Positions 38,213 through 48,148 of a stretch of 64,000 bases of DNA are shown in pieces; within the stretch, counting starts at the first letter, position 1, and each line of letters opens with the position of its first letter. The position numbers were made by a program, and so were the translations under genes. A model generated the notes under the pieces. The model had not been told where the DNA came from. It searched no databases and saw only the letters and a list, made by a program, of their open reading frames with translations. Source of the stretch: Chthonomonadales bacterium (GTDB lineage: Bacteria; Armatimonadota; Chthonomonadetes; Chthonomonadales; CAJBBX01); contig JBMFSQ010000001.1 in NCBI GenBank assembly GCA_049967475.1, positions 118,600 through 182,599 of the forward strand, given 5' to 3'.

Positions 38213-40549
38213 ATGAGGATGCGGCTGGATCCCCTGGAATATCTGGAGCGTAGGGACAAATGGTACCTCGGGGGCGGGCGCGCCCTAGTCTACGCACCAC
38301 CCTTTCCGAGGCACCTGGGTACCCTGGGCTTTTGGGATGAGGCCCACTTCGCCGACCTGAGGCTGGAGCGCCTCTACACAATCCTTCTATTGGATGAAGA
38401 CGCTCGGCCGGTCGCTTTTTCCAGAGAAAGCAGCCGTTGGACGCCCGACGCATTCACACAAACCTACTTCGCGCCGGGCGGATTGCGCATGCGTGAAGAC
38501 CGGCTGGTGTCGGCCCACGATGTTTTGGCATCCCGCCTGCGGATCCACAATGAAGGCCGCCGGCCTCGAAGCCTTCATGTTATTCTGTGGTCCCTTCAAA
38601 ACAGTTCCAGCGGTTCTGGGGTTTGCGATGTGCTTCGTTCGGGCGAGTACGTGTCCCTATCCTTGGCATTCCCTGTGCAGCCGCCTGGCGGGGCTGAGGC
38701 ACCGGCGGAGGTGTACGGGTGGGGATCAGAACGAGAGCGCAAGGCAGCCGAAGGCCACCGGCTCTTTGTTGCCCTCGGTTCCGACGCTCCGTTGCGCTCG
38801 TTTACTGTGAGTTTGGCAGAACCGTGTTCCGGCGAGCCGTTGTGGGAAGTATCCATTGTGCCGGAGGCGCTGCGCGACGGCTGTTTCGACAACCAGATCC
38901 ATGCCCCAGTGGAACGACATCGGCAAGCCCTGGTACAAGTGCATTGCTGTATGCAATACAGGTTGGAATTGCCGCCTGGGGAGAGCCGCACGGTGCAATT
39001 CGGAGCTGCCGTGAACCTCTCCCGAGATCGGGCATTGCAGGATCTTCAGCACGACCTTCAATCCGACGTTGCGGCGGCCTCTCGCGCTTCATGGCAAAAC
39101 ACTTTTCGGGGTGTGCCCTACTTCGAATGCTCCGATGGTTACATTCAAAAGTATTACTGGTATCGTTGGTACGGGCTGAGGCTCCTTACCGTAGATCTTT
39201 CCGGAGAAGACGCCCCAGGGCTCCCGTTCCCGTGTGTGTTCGAGGGGATTGGAGGCTTCCGCAGCCATATTTCGTATTCTGCGCAGTGCCATCTGCTGGA
39301 GGCCGGATGGATGCGCGACCCCGCTTTGGCCTTCGGGTGCATCGAAGGCATGCTCGCCGCACAACAGAACAGCGGCTTCATCCCAGGGCATCTATATCTG
39401 TGGCGGCAGGACCGTGGGTTCTACCACGCCAACTGGGGTGCCAACGCGCTCCAGGTGGCTCGCATCACTGGGGACATCGCCTTCGTGGAACGCATCTATC
39501 CTGGGCTATGCCGCTACGCCGACTATTTCGAGCGCGAACGCGACCGAGAAGACATGGGTCTCTTCGATGTGGTGGATCAGGGCGAAACCGGTCAGGAGTA
39601 CTCATCACGGTACTTGTTTGCGGATGAGCGTGCAGACGAATGGGGCCGCTTCCAGCTCAAGGGCGTAGATGCGACCGTGTATGTTTATAGCACGTTGCGC
39701 GCGCTGGCCGAGATGGCCCGGTTGTTGGGTAAGAACCCCGAGGCCGAGGTGTGGGACCGGAAGGCAGACAGGGTTCGCCAGGCTGTGCGTGATTTGATGT
39801 GGGATCCTGATCGCCGCTTCTTCTATGACGTGGATCCGCGCACAGGCCGGCGCTCCCCCTACAAGGCGGCGGTTGGCTTCTACCCATTCCTGTGCGATAT
39901 TGCTACTGCGGAGCACCTTCCGGCCATCTGGGAGCATCTGCTGAACCCGGCGGAATTCGCTACCCCATGGCCCACACCAACTTCCAGCGTGGATGACCCT
40001 TACTTCAGCGCCGAAGGGGAGTGGAAGGGCGTGCGTATGAGCTGCCCATGGAACGGCCGGGTATGGCCCATGACGAATTCCCATGTATGCGAAGCCCTGG
40101 CCACTGCCGCATTGACGCTGGATCCGGCCCTCCGAACCCATGCCGTAGATTTCATGCAGCGCTTCATCCGGATGATGTTCTGGTTCGGAGATGTGGAGCG
40201 GCCCAATTGCTTCGAGCACTACAATCCGTTCACTGGATCCCCGTCAGCCTATCGCGGTATAGACGATTACCAGCACTCCTGGGTTGTAGACCTTCTCATC
40301 AAGTATCTGGTGGGGATACAACCGCCGGTAGCCGACACACTGGTTCTGGATCCCCTGCCGTTTGAAGTAGACAGCTTTCGTATGGAGGGCTTGTACCTCC
40401 GCGGCCATAATGTTGACGTGTGCTGGGATGTGTCCACGGGCTACGTAGTCTGCGTGGATGGCCAAGAACGGGCCCGCAGCCCTCAGCGCACGCATCTGGA
40501 GGTGCCCTTGGACACGGCTGCAGGGAAGCCGGGGCCGCCTCCTGCTTGA
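38213..40549 (+). CDS. GH63/MGH1-like (alpha/alpha)6 glycoside hydrolase
   Basis: YYWYRW, ETGQE, MWD...FFYD, WNGRVWPMTN, FEHYNP; no signal peptide. Confidence 0.78.
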   Translation: MRMRLDPLEYLERRDKWYLGGGRALVYAPPFPRHLGTLGFWDEAHFADLRLERLYTILLLDEDARPVAFSRESSRWTPDAFTQTYFAPGGLRMREDRLVSAHDVLASRLRIHNEGRRPRSLHVILWSLQNSSSGSGVCDVLRSGEYVSLSLAFPVQPPGGAEAPAEVYGWGSERERKAAEGHRLFVALGSDAPLRSFTVSLAEPCSGEPLWEVSIVPEALRDGCFDNQIHAPVERHRQALVQVHCCMQYRLELPPGESRTVQFGAAVNLSRDRALQDLQHDLQSDVAAASRASWQNTFRGVPYFECSDGYIQKYYWYRWYGLRLLTVDLSGEDAPGLPFPCVFEGIGGFRSHISYSAQCHLLEAGWMRDPALAFGCIEGMLAAQQNSGFIPGHLYLWRQDRGFYHANWGANALQVARITGDIAFVERIYPGLCRYADYFERERDREDMGLFDVVDQGETGQEYSSRYLFADERADEWGRFQLKGVDATVYVYSTLRALAEMARLLGKNPEAEVWDRKADRVRQAVRDLMWDPDRRFFYDVDPRTGRRSPYKAAVGFYPFLCDIATAEHLPAIWEHLLNPAEFATPWPTPTSSVDDPYFSAEGEWKGVRMSCPWNGRVWPMTNSHVCEALATAALTLDPALRTHAVDFMQRFIRMMFWFGDVERPNCFEHYNPFTGSPSAYRGIDDYQHSWVVDLLIKYLVGIQPPVADTLVLDPLPFEVDSFRMEGLYLRGHNVDVCWDVSTGYVVCVDGQERARSPQRTHLEVPLDTAAGKPGPPPA

Positions 40550-40577
40550 GAAGAGGCTTCAGGGCGCGGATGAGCAG

Positions 40578-42464
40578 ATGACTACAGCATCGCCTAATAC
40601 GATCCGAGGCGTCGTCATCATGGCGGCGTGGCTGCTCGCTGCATCCGCGGCGCTGGGTGCCGGCCGTGACGACGGAGTGCGCCGGATCCCCCTGGCTGTT
40701 GGCGGCAACCTTGTGCGCGGCAGGGAGGTTGCCTGGGACGGCCGCGAAGTGTACCTTCCCATGGACGCCCTCGGGGCGTTGGGGCTCTCCGCGCGCCTGA
40801 GCAGCCGGGGAGACGTCGCTACCGTGTCGGTTGCCAGCGGGGAGCGCGTGCGCGTTGCGGTAGCGAGACCCTTAGGCCAGCCGATGCTGCCTCTATCGGA
40901 ACTCGCTGCCGCCGCTTCAGTGAAATACCGCATCACCAAGGATGGGTGCTCTATTCTCCCCATAATCCGCCGGGTTCAGGTGCAGGGACTGCGCGTTGCG
41001 GTTACAACGGCGCTCCCCATCCATGCAGAGGTCCGGCCGGCCGAAGGAGGCAAGGCGGTCACAATCCTGTTGCCTGGCGCAGCCCTCGGTGGCCCTTTAG
41101 TCCCGATGCAACACGCAGATTCCAACGGGGTGATCCGGAATGTAGCGATCCGCTCCGGAGACGACGGCGTCCGCCTGATGGTTGAGGCCAAGCTGCCCGT
41201 TCGTGCTCGCGTTGAACCTGGTACAGATCCCTGCGATGCGGTGATCGTTTTGGAGGCTGCACACGAGGAAAAGGGGGCACCCCAGCCGGTTCCTGCAGTA
41301 CAGAGTGCACCAGTCGGCGCGCAATCCACGGGAGTACAACCAGGGCCTCTGCAGAACCCAGAGCGCGTGGATGCAGGGCAGCCGCCCACAGCATCCCCGG
41401 AACGGCCTGCGTCCGGGGCCTTGGAGAACGCGTCTGCGGCGGCAACGAATACACCTGCCGGTGCGGCGAGTGCAGCGCCGCCTGCGCCGAAATCATCCGC
41501 TCAATTTGCCGGCATTGAGGTGATCCGGGACAACGATGCGCACATTCAAGTGCGGATCCACGTTCGGGGCCAAACAGAGGCAAAGGCCTCGATGCAGTGG
41601 CAACCCTGGCGACTGGTAGTGGATTTGCCCGGGGCGGTGTGTCAAACCACAGACACCGAGTGGCCTGTGAACCATCCGCTCCTCTCGGCGGTCCGGACCG
41701 TGGTGGAGGGGAATGGCCTTCTTCGCGTCATTGCCGATCTCACCCGCGTGGTGGGCTACCGCATCCATAAGGAGAGCGACGGGGACTGGGTGGTGGATCT
41801 TGGTTTGCCTCGGAACGCCGGCCGCCGCCTTTCCGAGGCGACGGTGGTGATTGACCCCGGGCACGGGGGTCCCTCTGCCACCGGGTGTTGGTGCGTGTTG
41901 GATGGGCGCAAAGTGTACGAGAAGGATATTACGCTCGCGGTGGCTTTGAAGCTTCGCGATCTGTTGACGGAGGCCGGCGCCAACGTCCTCATGACGCGTA
42001 CGGCTGATGTAGATGTGCCCCTCCACAGCCGCCCGGTATTGGCCAATGAGAACAGCGCTTCCGTGTTCGTATCCATCCACGTGGATGAGATGCCCGGGTC
42101 GTCGCGACCCTCGGGCACCACCGCATACTACCATTTCGATGATGCGGCGAGCCGGGCGCTGGCGCAGAGCATCGTGGAACACATTGCCGCCGTGAGCGGT
42201 CTGCCGAACCGGGGAGCTCGTTCAGACCGTACGTTGTACCAGAACGGCCTTGCAGTTCTAAGGGGAAGCGCAGTTCCAGCGACCTTGGTGGAACTGGCCT
42301 TCTTGAGCAACCCCTATGATCGGAAGAAGTTGCTGGATCCAGGCTTCCAGAGATTGGCGGCCCGCGCCATCGCCGACGGTATTCGGGCCTACCTCGAGGG
42401 GACGCCGGGTTCAGACACCGCATTTCCCGTTCCTCTCCCCTCGACGCTTCAGAGGCAACCGTAA
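40578..42464 (+). CDS. N-acetylmuramoyl-L-alanine amidase (AMIN-like domains + Amidase_3)
   Basis: RLVVDL AMIN-like motif; VIDPGHGG, EKDITL, MTR, FVSIH, LVELAFLSN. Confidence 0.92.
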   Translation: MTTASPNTIRGVVIMAAWLLAASAALGAGRDDGVRRIPLAVGGNLVRGREVAWDGREVYLPMDALGALGLSARLSSRGDVATVSVASGERVRVAVARPLGQPMLPLSELAAAASVKYRITKDGCSILPIIRRVQVQGLRVAVTTALPIHAEVRPAEGGKAVTILLPGAALGGPLVPMQHADSNGVIRNVAIRSGDDGVRLMVEAKLPVRARVEPGTDPCDAVIVLEAAHEEKGAPQPVPAVQSAPVGAQSTGVQPGPLQNPERVDAGQPPTASPERPASGALENASAAATNTPAGAASAAPPAPKSSAQFAGIEVIRDNDAHIQVRIHVRGQTEAKASMQWQPWRLVVDLPGAVCQTTDTEWPVNHPLLSAVRTVVEGNGLLRVIADLTRVVGYRIHKESDGDWVVDLGLPRNAGRRLSEATVVIDPGHGGPSATGCWCVLDGRKVYEKDITLAVALKLRDLLTEAGANVLMTRTADVDVPLHSRPVLANENSASVFVSIHVDEMPGSSRPSGTTAYYHFDDAASRALAQSIVEHIAAVSGLPNRGARSDRTLYQNGLAVLRGSAVPATLVELAFLSNPYDRKKLLDPGFQRLAARAIADGIRAYLEGTPGSDTAFPVPLPSTLQRQP

Positions 42465-42991
42465 TGCGAAGAGCCTTCGTAGTGCTTCTGGTTCTCGTTG
42501 CCGTAGCTGCGGGGGTGTTCGTAGCCACGCGCCGGCCCAAGCATGGCAGGGGAGGCAGCGGGTATTCTGGGAACGGCGTGGTGCGTATTCCCCGGGCGCG
42601 GGTCTCTGGAAACGAGGTAGACTTACAGAGCACACCCGTTCGCATCGGGCAGAAGGGTGATGCCATTTTGCTGGCTTTGGAGGCTGTGCTGCAGGCGAAG
42701 CCGGAGCCTGGGCAGCCTCGCATCTTTCCCCCAGGGGTGCGCGTCCTGAGCGTCCGCGTAGAAGACGGAGTTGCGAAGATCAATATGAGTGACGAATTCA
42801 ACCAGCTCAGGCAATCGGGAGACACTACAGAGGCGCTAGCCCAGCGGGCGCTCATCCAGACGCTGGCGCAGTTCCCACAGGTGCGCTCTATGCTTGTGCT
42901 GGTGGGTGGGAAGCCCTTCGAAAGCGAACATACGGATTGGACCGAACCCATACCCGTGCGCGGCGAAAGCGCATTGGGTGCACCGCAATGA
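42464..42991 (+). CDS. GerMN domain protein
   Basis: N-terminal TM; FPPGVRVLSV, AKINMSDEF, TLAQFPQVRSMLVLVGG. Confidence 0.85.
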   Translation: MRRAFVVLLVLVAVAAGVFVATRRPKHGRGGSGYSGNGVVRIPRARVSGNEVDLQSTPVRIGQKGDAILLALEAVLQAKPEPGQPRIFPPGVRVLSVRVEDGVAKINMSDEFNQLRQSGDTTEALAQRALIQTLAQFPQVRSMLVLVGGKPFESEHTDWTEPIPVRGESALGAPQ

Positions 42992-43905
42992 CGCGGTCGA
43001 ACGGCGCCGACGGGGACACACGTGGCCAGACACAGGGAACTGCAATGGAGCAGCGCCTCATTGGGGTGTTCGATTCCGGCGTCGGCGGGCTCACCGTGGC
43101 GCATTCCATCCTTCGCGTTCTGCCCGGTTACACGATGGTGTATGTGGCGGACCAGGCCCATGTGCCCTACGGCGGCCGCCCGCTGGCCGATGTGCGCGGG
43201 TTCGCTCTCGGCATCAGCCGCTTCCTTGCTGCTCGGGGATGTGGGGCTATTGTGATGGCCTGCAACATCTCCTCGGCAGTGGCGCTCGAAGGGGCACGTA
43301 CTGCCCTTGCGCCGACGCCTGTGCTTGGGGTGATTGATGCTGCGGTGGCGCGTGTGGCGCAACATGGCGGCGAGGCGGTCGGCATTCTCGCTACAGAAGG
43401 TACCGTTAGGAGTGATGTTTATCGCTCCCGCATCGCAGCGGCGTTGCCGGGCGCCGAGGTGGTCCAAGTGGCATGCCCCCGCTTCGTGCCTTTGGTGGAG
43501 GCCGGCGACTTCGAAGGCGAGGAGGCGGAAGACGCGGCGCGAGCCTATCTCGAACCGCTGGCTGCTCGGCGATGCCGCGTGGTGGTTCTTGGATGTACCC
43601 ATTACCCGTTTCTGTTGGGGGTTCTTCGGCGCGTGGCGGCAGATCTCTTCGTTGAGGAGCCCATATTCGTGGACCCGGCTGAGGAGCTGACGGAGGAGCT
43701 TGGGCGTCTGTTCGATGGCGCAGCATCGCCCGCGGCCCGGCACCATACGATGCTTACGACGGGAGATCCGGCAGCTTTCCGCCGGCAACTGGACCGGTTC
43801 TTGCCCGGCGTTCCTGTGGAGATAGGCCGTTTAGAATGGCGCCGCGGAGAACTCACGGGCGGCGCGCTGCAAACTCCTTCGCCGGCTGCGCGGATCAAGC
43901 GATGA
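42988..43905 (+). CDS. murI: Glutamate racemase
   Basis: IGVFDSGVGGLTV, PYG, ACNIS, LGCTHYP; start 42988 (ATGA overlap) or 43045. Confidence 0.95.
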   Translation: MTRSNGADGDTRGQTQGTAMEQRLIGVFDSGVGGLTVAHSILRVLPGYTMVYVADQAHVPYGGRPLADVRGFALGISRFLAARGCGAIVMACNISSAVALEGARTALAPTPVLGVIDAAVARVAQHGGEAVGILATEGTVRSDVYRSRIAAALPGAEVVQVACPRFVPLVEAGDFEGEEAEDAARAYLEPLAARRCRVVVLGCTHYPFLLGVLRRVAADLFVEEPIFVDPAEELTEELGRLFDGAASPAARHHTMLTTGDPAAFRRQLDRFLPGVPVEIGRLEWRRGELTGGALQTPSPAARIKR

Positions 43906-44599
43906 GCGAGGATACCCGCTTCTGACGGGCCCAAGCTGGAACGGCGAAGGCGCAGGCGAACTCCGAGCCAATCTGCAGGCCGCGCGTCCTGGCGAGGGAT
44001 TTGTAGTATTCCACATACCTGAAGGTGGGCCACTCGCCTCGGAAGAGACCGTAGCACCGAACCATTTGCTCCCAAAGCTCGATGTCGGCCTCGTCAATCT
44101 CCAGGAAGAGCTCGGGTACGAAATCTCTGGCGTCTTCCCAGTTCTCGGCAAAGAGGATCCGTTGCACGGAATGGGCCGGAAGCGGCCGCCGGAAAGACCG
44201 GAGTGCGGCGAAGAAGTGCGCCTGCATCACATTGAAGTGGGCAGCCTCGTGATCCTTGTGGATGCTGCTGCCCCAATGCGTCAGAACCACGCTGGGCCGG
44301 CATGCGCGGATCACGTCGCAGATCTCCTCTTGGACCTGTTGGAGCACGGGCAATTCGCCATCCGGGTAGGGCAGGATTGCAACCTGAGCCTGAAGCACCT
44401 TAGCGGCTTCCATCGCTTCGCGGCGCTTTTGGCGTGCGTAGGTGTCTGCGGGAAGCGTTGGGTGCCCGCGTTCGCCCAGCGTCAGATGAAGCATGGCCAC
44501 ACGATGGCCTCGCCTCACGTGGTGGCACAGAGCCATTCCGGCGGAGATTTCCGCGTCTCCCGCATGCCCGCCGATTGCGAGAAGATCCACCTGCTGCAT
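43895..44599 (-). CDS. PIG-L/BshB-like deacetylase
   Basis: GGHAGDAE, LTLGERG, RREA, YPDG, HKDH. Confidence 0.82.
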   Translation of the reverse strand: MQQVDLLAIGGHAGDAEISAGMALCHHVRRGHRVAMLHLTLGERGHPTLPADTYARQKRREAMEAAKVLQAQVAILPYPDGELPVLQQVQEEICDVIRACRPSVVLTHWGSSIHKDHEAAHFNVMQAHFFAALRSFRRPLPAHSVQRILFAENWEDARDFVPELFLEIDEADIELWEQMVRCYGLFRGEWPTFRYVEYYKSLARTRGLQIGSEFACAFAVPAWARQKRVSSLIA

Positions 44600-44638
44600 G
44601 AATGCGCGCCCTCTTCCTCCGTTGTACTGACGCAGGGA

Positions 44639-44663
44639 TTCATCGCCGGCGGGTTTGTTCCCT
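44639..44663 (-). promoter_or_regulatory. Sigma-H-like promoter AGGG-N17-TGAAT upstream of the PIG-L gene
   Basis: Minus strand GAAGGGAACAAACCCGCCGGCGATGAATC. Confidence 0.45.
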
Positions 44664-44894
44664 TCAGCCCGGCGCCGATGGCGGGAGCCTGCGGTTCCTG
44701 CCGCATCTCCTGCTTGGATTGCGGCGCCAGATGCTTCCACGGCGACACGCCGCGCGAACTGAACCCGGGGAGTTCTGCACGGAAGTATGGCCGATGCGGG
44801 CAGGCGGGGCGGCAAGCTCCAGTGCCGGCCGCGATGTCCTGGCAGCTGTGCGGAGAGAGGGCGGTTACCGGGGTTAAGGAGCTTTGCGTTGATG

Positions 44895-45527
44895 CTAGGA
44901 TGAGGACTTTATGGATTGGTAGACGGCCTGTGCGATCTCGAGTACGTTCTGGAACGTTTCTTGCCCGCCATCGTCATCCGGCGGCACCACGGCGTACACT
45001 CGCACCAGATTGATGGGGTGGCCCGTAGCCGTGGCTTTCCACACCGTCCAGGACGAACGGATCGGCGCGAGGTAACCGCCGCTTGCCACCGACGGCGCAA
45101 AGGCCTTCTTGTCGGCTCCCTGCATCCAATAGAGCATAATGAGCTGGGCTCCGCGCTTGCGGAACACCATCCCCCGTGCGAATTCGCCGGGGCCTCCCAG
45201 CGGCACGCGGCGGGTTCCAGTGAGCACAAAGCCCGATCCTACGCCGCAGTCACGTGGGTCATGGAAGGTATGGCGGGACGTGGCGCTAACGATGAGGGCG
45301 TAAACACGGTTGCCGAATGGGTCTGCGTATTCCCTGAGGACGTAGTTTGGCCGCGCCAGGATGGCGTGTTCGTATTCAGGCAGGGTCTGGTGCCTGCCCG
45401 TCCAAAGGCCGATGTGGTCTGGGATGGGCGGAACCCAGTTGGCGGCGATGCCGAGTTTCCATCGCGCCCCGAAGGCTAGGGCGGTGGTGGCAGTGAGTAG
45501 CCACGCAAACTGTACTGCACGGTGCAT
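44895..45527 (-). CDS. EpsI-family exosortase-associated protein
   Basis: N-terminal TM, IP..IG.W.G, REY, FHDPRDC..GSG (HxPxxC), LYW; adjacent to exosortase. Confidence 0.82.
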   Translation of the reverse strand: MHRAVQFAWLLTATTALAFGARWKLGIAANWVPPIPDHIGLWTGRHQTLPEYEHAILARPNYVLREYADPFGNRVYALIVSATSRHTFHDPRDCGVGSGFVLTGTRRVPLGGPGEFARGMVFRKRGAQLIMLYWMQGADKKAFAPSVASGGYLAPIRSSWTVWKATATGHPINLVRVYAVVPPDDDGGQETFQNVLEIAQAVYQSIKSSS

Positions 45528-46408
45528 ACCTTGTTGATCCTGAGTACGCGAGCCCACAACAGCATTGCCGCAAAGGCCAGGGCGGTGAAGAGCCAGGAAT
45601 TGGCGTCATGGAGCATCGCGGCGAGGTCGTGATCGTAATAGGCTACGGCGCCCATGGCCATGATGCGCAGGATATTGATGAGGACGGCCGTTGCAACGGA
45701 ATAGCAGCAGAGCAGGATCCGCTTGATCCACGTGGCTTCCATGAGCATGAGGAGCCAAATCGTTATGACGAGTACCGGCAGGAGCAATCCCAGGCCGCTG
45801 CAAGCCGGAGTAATCTCGAGGCGATAGTCGTTGATCACGAGGTAATTCCCCTCGGTGCCGATGGGAAGGTGCATCAGGCGGAGGATTTCGCCTGCGGCAG
45901 TGGTGCTGGCAAGCTGGAGCCTGGCGGTTGCCTTGTCTATAATCGATTCCTGCAGCGGTGCCGCCGTCAGGAGGAACAGCAGGGGCCCGCGGAGAGCCCT
46001 GAGCATGGGGATGCCGTACAGATAGTAAACCGCGCCTGCCAGGATGAGAATGGCTGCGACTACGGATAATCCAGGAATCTCCGGGGGATAGGCCAGGATC
46101 ATGAGCACACAGCCCGAGGCTGCGAGCCAGATGGTCCCTTGTGCCTGAGCTGCAGTTCGCGCGGCAAGATCTGCAAGCGCTTTTCGGCGCGTCCACACGA
46201 GATAGGCCACCGCAAAGGGGACGAGCGGCTGGTATGCCTGAGGGGAGTCGGGAGCGCTCCAGATCGAGAGGCACCATAGTACGGGTTGGTAAAGCAGCGC
46301 TGCCGACACCGCGGCGATCCAGATCCAGGTGCGATAGGGACGGATGGTCTGGATAGCGTTACCCCAGAAGGCCGGGCGAGGCGGCAAGGCCAAGTCCTTT
46401 ATCTGCAT
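45476..46408 (-). CDS. Exosortase (EpsH family)
   Basis: Multi-TM; LQ, EGN, catalytic Cys in ITPACSGL, Arg in NILRI, His in LHD. Confidence 0.9.
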   Translation of the reverse strand: MQIKDLALPPRPAFWGNAIQTIRPYRTWIWIAAVSAALLYQPVLWCLSIWSAPDSPQAYQPLVPFAVAYLVWTRRKALADLAARTAAQAQGTIWLAASGCVLMILAYPPEIPGLSVVAAILILAGAVYYLYGIPMLRALRGPLLFLLTAAPLQESIIDKATARLQLASTTAAGEILRLMHLPIGTEGNYLVINDYRLEITPACSGLGLLLPVLVITIWLLMLMEATWIKRILLCCYSVATAVLINILRIMAMGAVAYYDHDLAAMLHDANSWLFTALAFAAMLLWARVLRINKVCTVQYSLRGYSLPPPP

Positions 46409-46441
46409 CGTTGGTTCGGCGTCCTTACGCGGCGAGAAGTG

Positions 46442-47434
46442 CTACAGGCGCCCGCGGGTGAAGCGGAGCAATTCCCCAACAGCTATGCGACCGCTGAACG
46501 GGTATTCCTCTCTTACTATACCCACCCCGGGCGCAAGCCAAACACGCGATTGATAGCGCATCTCATTTCTGGGGGTGTAAGCGGTTACCAAGATCCTGAG
46601 GCGGTAGGCATCGAAGGTCCCGGCGGGCGTGTCCACATGGTCCACGCAGCATACCTTGCACACTGCAGTGGCAGGGGTCTCGCCTTTCGGAAAAACCAAC
46701 TTGCCGGACCACGAGAGTTCTTGGCCCGGCTGGATGGGATACCTAAGGAGCGGCATTGGGGGATCCAGGCGTGTTTGTGCGTGGGGACCTACAGCAAGGC
46801 GATCTACGCCTTGAGGGCTGACGCCATATGCTTTCTCTTGAACCGGGCGGCCGCCGCTGAGGGTTTGCAGTATGTAGGCGGGTTCTCCTGCGAACCTCTC
46901 GAGACCCGCGGAAACAGTGTCCATCAGGAAGCTCCCCTCATCTACACGCACCAGCATCGTCCACCGGTCCCCTTTTGCTACGGGAAAGACCTCACTTGGC
47001 TTGACGGGCTTCTGCATGGTGATGGGCAGCAGCATGTCTGCATCCGGGCCGGAGGGGGTTGCGTCGCTCTCATCTTTGGCGGGGGACACGGCGAGGATCA
47101 CTGCGGCTGCGCCCGCCACGTAGAGGGCAGGTAGCGCCAACGGCCGGATGAATTCCACAAGAGGGTCCGCTACCCGTGATAAAACCGGCGACGCGGCAGC
47201 GCCGACGGCATGGATGGGTCGAAGGAACTTCAACGCGGTGCGCAGGAGGTGATACAGGAGGCCGAAGACGCGGTCAACGGCTCGCGGTGCCTGATCGAGT
47301 ATCCACAGGATAGGCCGAAAAAGGATGCGAAGGAGGCGAAAACCAGCGCCTGCAGCCATACGTACACGTTTGACTACAGGCGCTGTGAGGCGTTTCAGCC
47401 TGTTGCCGCCCAAGGAGGACCGGGTCAGCGGCAT
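46442..47434 (-). CDS. Membrane-anchored hypothetical protein with DUF3108-like C-terminal domain
   Basis: Amphipathic N-terminus, TM, then FPVAKGDRW...VDTPAGTFDAYR...WLAPGVGIVRE. Confidence 0.65.
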   Translation of the reverse strand: MPLTRSSLGGNRLKRLTAPVVKRVRMAAGAGFRLLRILFRPILWILDQAPRAVDRVFGLLYHLLRTALKFLRPIHAVGAAASPVLSRVADPLVEFIRPLALPALYVAGAAAVILAVSPAKDESDATPSGPDADMLLPITMQKPVKPSEVFPVAKGDRWTMLVRVDEGSFLMDTVSAGLERFAGEPAYILQTLSGGRPVQEKAYGVSPQGVDRLAVGPHAQTRLDPPMPLLRYPIQPGQELSWSGKLVFPKGETPATAVCKVCCVDHVDTPAGTFDAYRLRILVTAYTPRNEMRYQSRVWLAPGVGIVREEYPFSGRIAVGELLRFTRGRL

Positions 47435-47437
47435 ACT

Positions 47438-48148
47438 CTATTTACGGCGGCGGCGGATGGACCACATGGTGCACGCCCCACCGAAGGCCGTGATGAGCGC
47501 CACGGGAGGAAGCGGAACCGCGCCGGGGCCCTGAACCACCGCACTGAGCCCTGTGGTATCGTTGCTGCCCCAGGATGCACCGGGACCCACTACGAAATCG
47601 AAGGTGTCACCGGGCGTTCCGAGCGCGAGGATGCCGCCGTAACCGTGGTTCACATTGTAGTCGTTGATCGTCCCGTTCCAGATAGCCGTGCCATTCCTTA
47701 GGACATGCACGTCGGTGGTAGTGGGAGTAGGATCCGCGCCGTAGAACAGCCCCAGCAAGTAGTATTTACCTGCCTTCGGGGCCGTCCATAAAAGGTGCGT
47801 GTAGGTGCCGGTATTGGGCATGATGGCCAGCGATCCACCCTTGATCACCGCGGTCCCATAGTTGATAGGAACTCCGGTGGGATTGAGGGCGATGAAGGGG
47901 TCAGTGCCCGAATTGGTGCGCCAGATCTTGAGGCCCGATGGGTCCGTCACTGGCGTGTTAAAGAGAGTGATGGGGCCGCCCAACGTCGTGGAATAGCCAT
48001 AGCTCCACACCCCGTTAGGGTTGCCCGTAAGAGAGAAATCGGATTCGGCCAGATAACTCACAGGCTGGCTGGCTGCCGGGCGGCAGGCAACAAGAGAGAG
48101 GCCGGCAATTGCGCCTAAGGCCAAGAACCGCCACCGTACAAGCAACAT
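47438..48148 (-). CDS. Surface protein with VPLPP-CTERM (PEP-CTERM-like) sorting signal
   Basis: Signal peptide; T/G/N/P-rich body; C-terminus AVPLPP-VALITAFGGACTMWSI-RRRRK; strong GAGGAGG RBS. Confidence 0.85.
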   Translation of the reverse strand: MLLVRWRFLALGAIAGLSLVACRPAASQPVSYLAESDFSLTGNPNGVWSYGYSTTLGGPITLFNTPVTDPSGLKIWRTNSGTDPFIALNPTGVPINYGTAVIKGGSLAIMPNTGTYTHLLWTAPKAGKYYLLGLFYGADPTPTTTDVHVLRNGTAIWNGTINDYNVNHGYGGILALGTPGDTFDFVVGPGASWGSNDTTGLSAVVQGPGAVPLPPVALITAFGGACTMWSIRRRRK

